Shown one piece after another: positions 8,065 through 15,555 of a stretch of DNA of 32,000 bases (position 1 is the stretch's first letter; each line of letters starts with the position of its first letter). The position numbers and the translations under genes are program-made. Location of the stretch: positions 2,280,001 through 2,312,000 of the forward strand of contig NZ_JAGIOS010000001.1 of the NCBI RefSeq assembly GCF_017876815.1. The letters run 5' to 3'. Under the pieces are notes generated by a model. The model had not been told where the DNA came from, made no database searches, and was given only the letters and a program-made list of their open reading frames with translations. This DNA is from Sinorhizobium meliloti (GTDB lineage: Bacteria; Pseudomonadota; Alphaproteobacteria; Rhizobiales; Rhizobiaceae).

Positions 8065-9102
8065 ATGTCGGGACTTGCCCTTCAAAACGTCGTCAAGGAA
8101 TTCGGGTCGTTCAGGGCCGTCAACGATGTCGACCTGACGGTGCCGCACGGCACCTTCGTCTGCATGCTCGGGCCGTCGGGCTGCGGCAAGACCACGCTCC
8201 TGCGCATGATCGCGGGTCTGGACCTGCCGACCTCGGGTTCCATAGGGCTCGACGGCGAGGACATCACCCGGGTTCCGACGCATAAGCGCAATCTCGGCAT
8301 GGTGTTCCAGTCGCTGGCGCTGTTCCCCCACCTGACCGTCGGCGAGAATATCGCCTATCCGCTGCGCATCCGCGGCGCGCCGAAGGAAGACCAGAAGAAA
8401 CGGGTCGACGAGCTGCTTTCGATGATCCACCTGTCGGGCTATGCCGACCGGCCGGTCTCGAAGCTCTCCGGCGGCCAGCGCCAGCGCGTGGCGATAGCCC
8501 GGGCGCTGGCGATCTCGCCGAAGCTCTTCCTGCTCGACGAACCCCTGTCGGCGCTCGATGCCAAGCTGCGCGAGGCGATGCAGGTCGAGCTCAGGCAGTT
8601 GCAGCAGAAGCTCGGCATCACCACCATCGTCGTCACCCACGACCAGCGCGAGGCGATGACCATGGCCGATACGGTCGTGGTCATGAACGGCGGCGAGATC
8701 CGGCAGGCTGCCTCGCCGATCGAGATCTACCGCCGGCCGGCCGACAGCTTCGTCGCCGACTTCATCGGACAGACGAATCTGATCGAAGCGGAGGCGGACA
8801 CTTCGGGTCGCGTGACGGTGCTCGGTCAGCCGGTGCCGGGCCTGCAGTTGCCGCCGGGTGCGGCGAAGGCGATGCTTTCGATCCGCCCGGAAGACGTGCA
8901 CCTGACCGCGCCGGGTGCCGGAGCGCTTTCCGGCACGGTGACCTTCGTGCGCGATCTCGGGGGCACGATCGAGACATTCGTCGATGTCGCCGGCCGGCAG
9001 ATCGTAGCGGTCTCGACGCCGCGCGCCCGGCCGCAGGTGACGGTCGGCCAACAGGTCGGCGTCGCTCTCACACCCGATGTCTGTGTGGTGCTCGCCAGAT
9101 GA
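8065..9102 (+). CDS. ABC transporter ATP-binding protein (PotA-like, with C-terminal TOBE-type domain)
   Basis: Walker A GPSGCGKTT, signature LSGGQRQR, Walker B LFLLDEP. ATG 8065 follows GGGGA. Confidence 0.92.
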   Translation: MSGLALQNVVKEFGSFRAVNDVDLTVPHGTFVCMLGPSGCGKTTLLRMIAGLDLPTSGSIGLDGEDITRVPTHKRNLGMVFQSLALFPHLTVGENIAYPLRIRGAPKEDQKKRVDELLSMIHLSGYADRPVSKLSGGQRQRVAIARALAISPKLFLLDEPLSALDAKLREAMQVELRQLQQKLGITTIVVTHDQREAMTMADTVVVMNGGEIRQAASPIEIYRRPADSFVADFIGQTNLIEAEADTSGRVTVLGQPVPGLQLPPGAAKAMLSIRPEDVHLTAPGAGALSGTVTFVRDLGGTIETFVDVAGRQIVAVSTPRARPQVTVGQQVGVALTPDVCVVLAR

Positions 9103-9953
9103 GACGCGAACCGCCCCGGACCCTCGGCGACTACCTGCCGATCCTCTTCCCCGCGGGGATGCTGACGATCTTCTTCGTGGTGCCCTTCGGCACGATGATC
9201 GCAGTCAGTTTCTTTCAGCGCCAGCAGGGCGGCTTCTATACGCCGGCCTTCGTTTACGACAATTATGCCCGCTTCCTCTCGGCCTTCTTCGGCGGCGTGC
9301 TCGGCTTTTCCCTGATGCTGGCGATCGCGGTCGCCGCGTGCTGCGTCGTTTTGGCGCTGCCCTTCACCTATCTGCTCACGCGTATGGCGCGCCGGGTGCA
9401 GGTGGTGTGGCTCGTCGCACTGCTCTCCGTGCTTTCTCTCTCCGAAGTCATCATCGGTTTTGCCTGGTCCACCCTATTCTCGCGCACGGCCGGCATCACC
9501 AACATCCTCGTGGCGCTCGGGCTTATGGATGAGGCGAAGGCGCTCACGCCGAGTTTTGCCGCTGTGCTGACCGGCATGGTCTATCAGGCCTTCCCCTATA
9601 CCGTGCTCGTGCTTTTCCCCGCGCTCGTGCGCCTCGACCCGACGCTGACGGAAGCCGCCCGCACGCTCGGTGCCTCGCCGCTCAGGGCCTTCTTCACCGT
9701 CGTCGTTCCGGCGCTGAGAAACACGATCACCGCCACGCTGATCATGGTCTTCATCTTCGCGCTCGGCTCCTATCTCCTGCCGCAACTTCTCGGCCGGCCG
9801 CAGCACTGGACGCTCTCGGTGCTCATCACCGATCAGGCGATCTATCAGTCCAACATGCCCTTCGCCGCGGCGATGGCGGTGTTCCTCGTTCTGGTGACGC
9901 TTGGGCTGGTGGCGTTAACCGTCATCGCAGGACGGAAGGGAGAGGCCGCATGA
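9099..9953 (+). CDS. ABC transporter permease (PotB-like)
   Basis: ATGA overlap with the upstream stop. Multi-pass membrane protein with EAA loop EAARTLGASPLRAFFTVVVP. Confidence 0.9.
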   Translation: MRREPPRTLGDYLPILFPAGMLTIFFVVPFGTMIAVSFFQRQQGGFYTPAFVYDNYARFLSAFFGGVLGFSLMLAIAVAACCVVLALPFTYLLTRMARRVQVVWLVALLSVLSLSEVIIGFAWSTLFSRTAGITNILVALGLMDEAKALTPSFAAVLTGMVYQAFPYTVLVLFPALVRLDPTLTEAARTLGASPLRAFFTVVVPALRNTITATLIMVFIFALGSYLLPQLLGRPQHWTLSVLITDQAIYQSNMPFAAAMAVFLVLVTLGLVALTVIAGRKGEAA

Positions 9954-10750
9954 GCACCATTTTCCGCAAGGTCTACTTCTCCCTGATCGGGCTCTTTCTC
10001 GCTTTGCCGCTGATCGTCGTCGCCGGCGTATCGGTCAACGCCAAGCAGACGCTCGCCTTTCCCCCGCAAGGATTTTCCACATCCTGGTACGGGGAAATCT
10101 TCCTGAACCCCGAATGGCGCAGCGCGCTTGTCGCGTCGGTGACGCTCGCGCTCCTTTCCGCCGCACTTGCGGTCGCGATCGCGCTGCCGCTTGCCTGGTT
10201 CCTGTGGCGGCGCGTCGCGCCATGGGCGAACATCTTCCAGCTTCTGGGGGTCGCGCCCTTCACGCTGCCGCCGGTCATTACGGCGCTCGGTCTGCTCACC
10301 TTCTGGGCGACGGCCGGCTTTTACGGCCAGCCCTGGACCGCCGTCGTCAGCCACGCGATCTTCTTCGTGACACTGCCGCTGGTCACGCTGTCTCTCGGCT
10401 TCACCTCGGTCGATCGGTCGCTGGTCGAGGCGGCCTCGACGATGGGCGCAGATGACCGCACGGTCTTCCGCACTGTCGTTCTGCCGTTGATCCTGCCCTA
10501 TATCGTTTCGGGCTATGCCTTCGCCTTCGTGCTGTCGCTCAATGAGTATATCGTTGCCTACATGACCGTCGGCTTCACGATGGAGACGCTGCCGATCAAG
10601 ATCTTCAACGCGCTTCGCTACGGCTATACGCCGACCATGGCCTCGGTGACGATCCTCTTCGTCACGACGGCCGCGGTCATCTTCAGCCTCGTCGCCCGCT
10701 TCGGAGACCTGCCGAAGCTGCTCGGCGCCATGTCGTCGGACGGAAAATGA
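9950..10750 (+). CDS. ABC transporter permease (PotC-like)
   Basis: ATGA overlap with the upstream stop. EAA loop EAASTMGADDRTVFRTVVLP. Confidence 0.9.
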   Translation: MSTIFRKVYFSLIGLFLALPLIVVAGVSVNAKQTLAFPPQGFSTSWYGEIFLNPEWRSALVASVTLALLSAALAVAIALPLAWFLWRRVAPWANIFQLLGVAPFTLPPVITALGLLTFWATAGFYGQPWTAVVSHAIFFVTLPLVTLSLGFTSVDRSLVEAASTMGADDRTVFRTVVLPLILPYIVSGYAFAFVLSLNEYIVAYMTVGFTMETLPIKIFNALRYGYTPTMASVTILFVTTAAVIFSLVARFGDLPKLLGAMSSDGK

Positions 10751-11526
10751 TGAAGTTCGCTGCCCTGCAGATGAAGAGCATTGGCGGCGACGTGGCCGCC
10801 AATCTCGCCCGCATCGAGTGGGCGGCGATCGGGGCTTCCGGCGAGGGTGCGAGCCTGCTCGTCGCCCCCGAGCTCGCAATCACCGGCTACGGCGCGGGGG
10901 AAGCCATTCGCAGGCTCGCGGAGCCGGCGGATGGGCGGATCGTTCGGGAACTTGGGCGCATCTCGCTCAAAACCGGCATCGCCATTGTGGCCGGATTCGC
11001 AGAGCAGGGAGCGGACGCCGTCTACAACAGCGCCGTCCATGTCGATGGCGATGCCGTCCCGGTTGTCTATCGGAAGTCGCATCTCTACGGCGATTACGAG
11101 CGCTCGCTCTTCACGCCGGCGGAGCCCTCGACGCGCCTGTTCAAACATCGTGGCGTCACTTGCGGCATGCTGATCTGCTACGATGTCGAATTCCCCGAAA
11201 ACGTCCGTCGCCTGGCGCTTGCGGGTGCCGATGCGGTGCTGGTGCCGACGGCCCTCCCGGCCGGATGGTCCGGCACTTTCATCACCGACCACATGATCCA
11301 GACGCGCGCCTTCGAGAACCAGGTCTTCGTCGCCTATGTCAATCACTGCGGTTCGGACGACATGTTCTCCTTTGCGGGCCTCTCGCTGATAGCGTCACCG
11401 GATGGCCAGGCACTGGCAAAGGCCGGTTCCTCGGATGAAACCCTGATCATCGCCGAAATCGACCCCCAGGCATTTGCCATTTCGCGAGCGGAGAATACCT
11501 ATCTCATGGACTTGAAACACGACTGA
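10747..11526 (+). CDS. Carbon-nitrogen hydrolase (nitrilase superfamily amidase)
   Basis: ATGA overlap with the upstream stop. Glu-Lys-Cys triad contexts VAPELA, YRKSHLY and MLICYDVEFPE. Confidence 0.9.
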   Translation: MMKFAALQMKSIGGDVAANLARIEWAAIGASGEGASLLVAPELAITGYGAGEAIRRLAEPADGRIVRELGRISLKTGIAIVAGFAEQGADAVYNSAVHVDGDAVPVVYRKSHLYGDYERSLFTPAEPSTRLFKHRGVTCGMLICYDVEFPENVRRLALAGADAVLVPTALPAGWSGTFITDHMIQTRAFENQVFVAYVNHCGSDDMFSFAGLSLIASPDGQALAKAGSSDETLIIAEIDPQAFAISRAENTYLMDLKHD

Positions 11527-11685
11527 TCTGCCAGATCGTTCTCAATCAGAGAACAATCTGTTCGCGTCGTCCCCTCTTTTGGAAACGCTCGGCCGGATCG
11601 ATATTGTGCTCAACGGAAATGCCCGCTCTGCAGGCCCGCGCGTCTGACGCAAAAGGCGATGCAGCATAGCGATTAGGAGGCAATC

Positions 11686-12639
11686 ATGAGCTTGCAACTG
11701 ACTGGTATCCACCATCTGACTGCGATAACCGCCAATGCGCCGGAGAACCTGCGCTTCTACACGGGGACGCTGGGTCTCCGCCTGGTCAAGAAGACCGTCA
11801 ACCAGGACGACACCACGGCCTATCATCTCTTCTATGCCGACGGGCAGGCGACCCCCGGCACGGATCTGACCTTCTTCGACTGGCCGGTCGGACGCGAAGG
11901 ACGCGGCACGCACAGCATCTCGCGGACCGGGCTTCGGGTCGGCAGCGCCGAAACCGTGCGGTGGTGGAAGAGCCGTTTCGATGAGTTGGAGGTCGCTTCC
12001 GGTGAGGTGGCCGAAATCGACGGCCGCGCCTCCCTCGATTTCGAGGACGGCGAGGGCCAGCGCTTCCGGCTCGTCGACGACGGCGGATTGGCGCCGTCCC
12101 ACCCATGGGAAAGGAGCCCGGTTCCGTCCGAGCATCAGATCAAGGGCCTTGGGCCGATCACCATCAGCGTGCCGGACATCAGCAACACCGCGCTCGTGCT
12201 GACGCGTGTCATGAACATGGCCGAACTGCGGAGCTATCCGTCGCCGGATGGCGTCGGAGAGGTGCATGTCTTCTCGATGGGCGACGGCGGGCCGGCGGCC
12301 GAACTGCATGTGGCGGTCCAGCCCGACCTGCCGGCTGCTCGCCAGGGGGCGGGCGCCGTCCACCACGTGGCCTTCCGGGCGCCGGATGTCGAAGCGCTGC
12401 ACCGGTGGACGGAGCGGCTCGGCGAGTTCCGCCTGCCGTCGAGCGGCGAGGTCGAGCGCTTCTACTTCCGTTCGCTCTACTTCCGCGAGCCGAACGGGAT
12501 CCTTTTCGAGATCGCCACCGACGGACCCGGCTTCGCCGTCGACGAGCCGATGGAAACCCTCGGCGAAAGCCTGTCGCTGCCGCCGTTCCTCGAACCGAAG
12601 CGGGCGCAGATCGAAGCGAGACTGAAGCCTCTGGAGTAA
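11686..12639 (+). CDS. VOC-family ring-cleaving (hydroquinone-type, MhqA/E/O-like) dioxygenase
   Basis: GIHHLTAIT...[36 protein letters not shown], with a second VOC repeat (VHHVAFR). Strong AGGAGG RBS. Confidence 0.88.
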   Translation: MSLQLTGIHHLTAITANAPENLRFYTGTLGLRLVKKTVNQDDTTAYHLFYADGQATPGTDLTFFDWPVGREGRGTHSISRTGLRVGSAETVRWWKSRFDELEVASGEVAEIDGRASLDFEDGEGQRFRLVDDGGLAPSHPWERSPVPSEHQIKGLGPITISVPDISNTALVLTRVMNMAELRSYPSPDGVGEVHVFSMGDGGPAAELHVAVQPDLPAARQGAGAVHHVAFRAPDVEALHRWTERLGEFRLPSSGEVERFYFRSLYFREPNGILFEIATDGPGFAVDEPMETLGESLSLPPFLEPKRAQIEARLKPLE

Positions 12640-12670
12640 CGGCTGCCGCTCTCGTCGGGCCGAGACATGG

Positions 12671-12700
12671 AGAGCCGGAAGCGATTCCGGCTTTCCTTTT
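12671..12700 (+). terminator. Rho-independent terminator after the dioxygenase gene
   Basis: AGCCGGAA-GCGA-TTCCGGCT is a perfect 8-bp stem with a tetraloop, followed by TTCCTTTT. Confidence 0.6.
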
Positions 12701-12774
12701 GCCGCGAGCCCGCTAGTTTTTCGACTGACGCGGGATTTGCGCGGCATCGCGCCAGCGAAAGGAAATTGTCGTTC

Positions 12775-13332
12775 ATGACCAAGCTTCTCGGCATATCGGG
12801 CAGTCTGCGGAAGGCCTCCTTCAACACTGCATTGCTCAAAGCCGCACAGGCGGTCGCGCCGGACGGGGTCGAATTCGAGACCGCGACCTTGCATGGCATT
12901 CCGCTATATGACGGAGACGTGGAGGCCGAAAGCGGCGTTCCAGCCGCTGCGGAGGCGTTGAAGCAGAAGATCGTCGCGGCGGACGGCGTCATTCTCTTCA
13001 CGCCGGAATACAACAATTCGGTCCCGGGCGTTTTCAAGAATGCAATCGACTGGCTGAGCCGCCCGCCAGCCGACATAAAGAAGGTCTTCGGCGGGCGGCC
13101 GTTCGCGCTCGCCGGCGCATCTCCGGGAAGCTTCGGGACCATTCTCAGCCAAAACGCCTGGCTGTCGGTGATGCGGACGCTCGGCGCCGAAATGTGGTCG
13201 GGCAAGCGGCTGATGGTGCCGAAAGCCAACACGTTGTTCGACAGCGACGGACAACTGAAGGACGATCAGACCCTGGAGAGGCTGCGCGGCTTCGTACAGG
13301 CCTTCGCCGATCACCTGGCAATGAGGAACTGA
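12775..13332 (+). CDS. NADPH-dependent FMN reductase (azoreductase/quinone-reductase-like)
   Basis: LLGISGSLRKASFN and FTPEYNNSVPGVFKNAIDWLSRP motifs. ATG 12775 follows AAAGGAA. The longer track ORF from 12667 would run through the terminator. Confidence 0.88.
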   Translation: MTKLLGISGSLRKASFNTALLKAAQAVAPDGVEFETATLHGIPLYDGDVEAESGVPAAAEALKQKIVAADGVILFTPEYNNSVPGVFKNAIDWLSRPPADIKKVFGGRPFALAGASPGSFGTILSQNAWLSVMRTLGAEMWSGKRLMVPKANTLFDSDGQLKDDQTLERLRGFVQAFADHLAMRN

Positions 13333-13517
13333 CGTAGCGTTCGAAACTGTGGAGCACGCCGACTTTCCGGCTGCCACCACCATTCCCGGTGAGCGGGGTG
13401 AGGGCTCTTGAAGCAACCCCCCTCCCTCTAACCGAAACGCGGGATCGTGATCGTAGCGATTCCCTCACAGGGGCGTCTTCGGCTCAGCCCGAAACAACCG
13501 CGGTTCGATCTTTTTGG

Positions 13518-14135
13518 TCAGGTGATTGGAAGACTGGTATCAAACACCGCACCATGCAGACGCATCAACTGGTCCGTTCTCGCCGGGTCATCTTCGAACC
13601 GCTGTCCCGGCAATGTCACAAGATCACTCGATAAGACACGATCGAACAGGGCGTAGCAAACCTCGCCGTTATTGTGTCGGGACTTATAAGCAAGACCATC
13701 CAGATCCGGATAATCCTCATGCAATGCGAGCGCGAGCGCACGAGATGGTGCGTAGTCTGCCCCAGCACTGATGGACGCATCTACGCCGTGAAAGAGTAGC
13801 CCTTCGTCCATTAACTTTGCCAGAACTAATTGGCGATGCAGTCGACGTGGTGTCCACATGCGCTCTTCCACGAACGCTCGCCGAACGATGCGGTTTGCAG
13901 GCCTACGAAGAACGGTCTCAACAAATGCCCCTTCGAGGCGTTGCGCGACGTACAGAAGGCGATACTGGCCCGCAGGCGCATCGAACCGGCCTTGGGGTGT
14001 CGCACCGGGCGCCGGCCCAAAGAAGATCGCACCATGAATCTTCTGATGGACGCGGACAACGACGTCGCCCGCGTCTAATGCAGCAATTCTTAATCCCGAG
14101 GGAAAGCGGGCTGTTGGCGCAGTATAAGCGGGCAC
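13518..14135 (-). CDS. RES-domain toxin (NAD+-targeting RES family)
   Basis: Ordered RES hallmarks: GRFD (Arg), LLYVA (Tyr), FVETVL (Glu), YKSRHNNGEVCYALF (Ser). The GTG start lies 3 nt after the partner's TGA. Lower G+C than the flanks. Confidence 0.85.
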   Translation of the reverse strand: MPAYTAPTARFPSGLRIAALDAGDVVVRVHQKIHGAIFFGPAPGATPQGRFDAPAGQYRLLYVAQRLEGAFVETVLRRPANRIVRRAFVEERMWTPRRLHRQLVLAKLMDEGLLFHGVDASISAGADYAPSRALALALHEDYPDLDGLAYKSRHNNGEVCYALFDRVLSSDLVTLPGQRFEDDPARTDQLMRLHGAVFDTSLPIT

Positions 14136-14138
14136 TCC

Positions 14139-15242
14139 TCAAGCCTCGTCCATGCCAAGATAGGCTTTGGCCGCCGTTACGACTTCGCCAACGCGCCCTC
14201 CGGCAAGGATTCGCTGTGGTGTATCTGCCAAGTTCGGATCGGTGTCGATCAGAAACTGCAGCATCGACCAACGGCCGGCACCGCTGTCATCAAAGAGTTT
14301 GGTCACCTTGGCCAACCCCTCTAGCAGGCGGGTGTCGTTATCCACGGTAATGAACTGGAACTTGGGAAGAACGATTTCCGATCCGTGCATGAGACCGAAT
14401 GCCGAGCCCAACTTGACCCGCTTGTGGAGGGCCTGCCGGGTCGTGCCGAGCATCTTCGCGCCCTCAGTTAGAGAGACCCCACCGCCGGAACGATCGAGAA
14501 GAGCAGTGCTGATGTTGAGGAACCTTTGGTCATCGCTCAATTCAATCGCGCTGGTTCCTCCCTCGACCTCCGCCAAGAGATCGGCCGAGAGCTGAAACTG
14601 GTCGGCGGCGAGATCTATGTGCTTGGCAAGCTCCGAGAATGCTCGGGGCCTATCATACTGGCACAACCGCAACAGCTCGGTACGAGCCGGTGTCAACTCG
14701 GTCAACAGAACGAAAGCATCGATAGCCAACTGCTCGGCGCGTGGGGTAGGGGTCCACCTGTGCAACAGAGCTTGTCGAACCTCCCTCGAACGCGCGAGAC
14801 AGTCATCCACAATGTGCGAGTACCAGTTACGCCTTGTCTTGACGCGGTGAACCGATGAACGCTGATGCCGGGGAAGTTCGAAGTCCGACACTGATGCCTC
14901 GTGAAACGCAGCCCCCATAAGAAGTGCTGCCGAGTGGAGCCGCGAATTGAATACGAACACAAGTTTCAAGGTAGGGCTCGCCGAAACGTCAGGGAGAAGC
15001 GTCTCGCGAACGCGCATGTTCCAGTGACGAAACTCCTCACTGTCTGCCCAATGGTGGTTCAATCGCAATTGATGACCAGCCCACTTCTCAAGCCCTCGAT
15101 CCATGTCTCCTGCAGTTGGACGGTCGAATACGAGACCGGCGAGGTACTGAGAGAGTGTCTGTCCTGCTTCTCGAGCGTGCAGCTCTGCAGCAGCGCGCAC
15201 GACCGGATCTATGTCGGTCGCAGATCTTGTGTGTTCGCTCAT
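14139..15242 (-). CDS. 367-aa RES-partner protein: unknown N-terminal region (~235 aa) + Xre-like HTH + DUF2384-like toxin-binding C-terminus
   Basis: The C-terminal third has the HTH LTEGAKMLGTTRQALHKRV followed by RWSMLQFLIDTDPNLADTPQRILAGGRVGEVVTAAKAYL, resembling Xre/MbcA/ParS antitoxin C-domains. It lies immediately upstream of the RES gene. I cannot assign the N-terminal two-thirds. Confidence 0.8.
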   Translation of the reverse strand: MSEHTRSATDIDPVVRAAAELHAREAGQTLSQYLAGLVFDRPTAGDMDRGLEKWAGHQLRLNHHWADSEEFRHWNMRVRETLLPDVSASPTLKLVFVFNSRLHSAALLMGAAFHEASVSDFELPRHQRSSVHRVKTRRNWYSHIVDDCLARSREVRQALLHRWTPTPRAEQLAIDAFVLLTELTPARTELLRLCQYDRPRAFSELAKHIDLAADQFQLSADLLAEVEGGTSAIELSDDQRFLNISTALLDRSGGGVSLTEGAKMLGTTRQALHKRVKLGSAFGLMHGSEIVLPKFQFITVDNDTRLLEGLAKVTKLFDDSGAGRWSMLQFLIDTDPNLADTPQRILAGGRVGEVVTAAKAYLGMDEA

Positions 15243-15281
15243 GGCCTACTCACGGCTCTCGCCGTCACGAGAGCAGCACAG

Positions 15282-15350
15282 GGTTGATGGTTAGGTTGAT
15301 ATATACAGTCGTAAGCGTGGTATATCAACCTCGAGCATCAAGCCATCAAC
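15282..15350 (-). promoter_or_regulatory. Promoter/operator of the RES operon: -35 TTGATA (15328-15323), 17-nt spacer, -10 TATATA (15305-15300), inside a GTTGAT/ATCAAC repeat array
   Basis: Perfect 11-bp inverted repeat AGGTTGATATA (15293-15303) / TATATCAACCT (15321-15331). Further hexamer copies at 15283, 15337 (ATCAAG) and 15345. The promoter hexamers on the minus strand lie within the dyad arms. Confidence 0.5.
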
Positions 15351-15555
15351 AGCACCTCATGGGTAGGTTCCATTCCAACAGGACAGCGTTGGCGAAATGC
15401 GCCGGCTGTTCGCCATTTCTGCAGGGTTTCTTGGCGCGGGAGCCTCAGCGGCATCCGGGATTCCGACCGCTACGCTATGGACCCGTGATTTCAAGGCGTC
15501 AGGCGTGCAGTCGCCTTGGATCAAACTGCAGACCGACTATTGGGCCGGCCCACAT

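Noticed and set aside
12667-12774. 5' extensions proposed by the ORF track: FMN reductase from 12667, and likewise livK from 25026, hydroxyacid dehydrogenase from 28101, cysQ to 20524, ureohydrolase from 5432, and the dioxygenase-esterase to 17226
   Set aside because: The extensions run through terminators or into neighbouring genes, lack an RBS, and add non-homologous low-complexity residues. In each case an internal start with a good SD gives a family-typical N-terminus.
13489-13515. GGTTCGATC, a tRNA T-loop-like string at the left edge of the RES island (a possible tRNA/att remnant). A similar GGTTCGATA occurs at 26452.
   Set aside because: I could not fold flanking bases into a T-stem, acceptor stem or anticodon arm. 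It is probably a chance match.
13333-15555. Possible terminal repeats of the island (for example GGGATCGTGATCGTAGCGATTCCC at about 13441 versus GGGATTCCGACCGCTACGCTATGGACCCGTGAT at about 15460)
   Set aside because: Only 6-7-nt words are shared, which is about what chance predicts for two ~200-nt segments. There is no convincing direct or inverted repeat by eye, and a proper alignment is needed.
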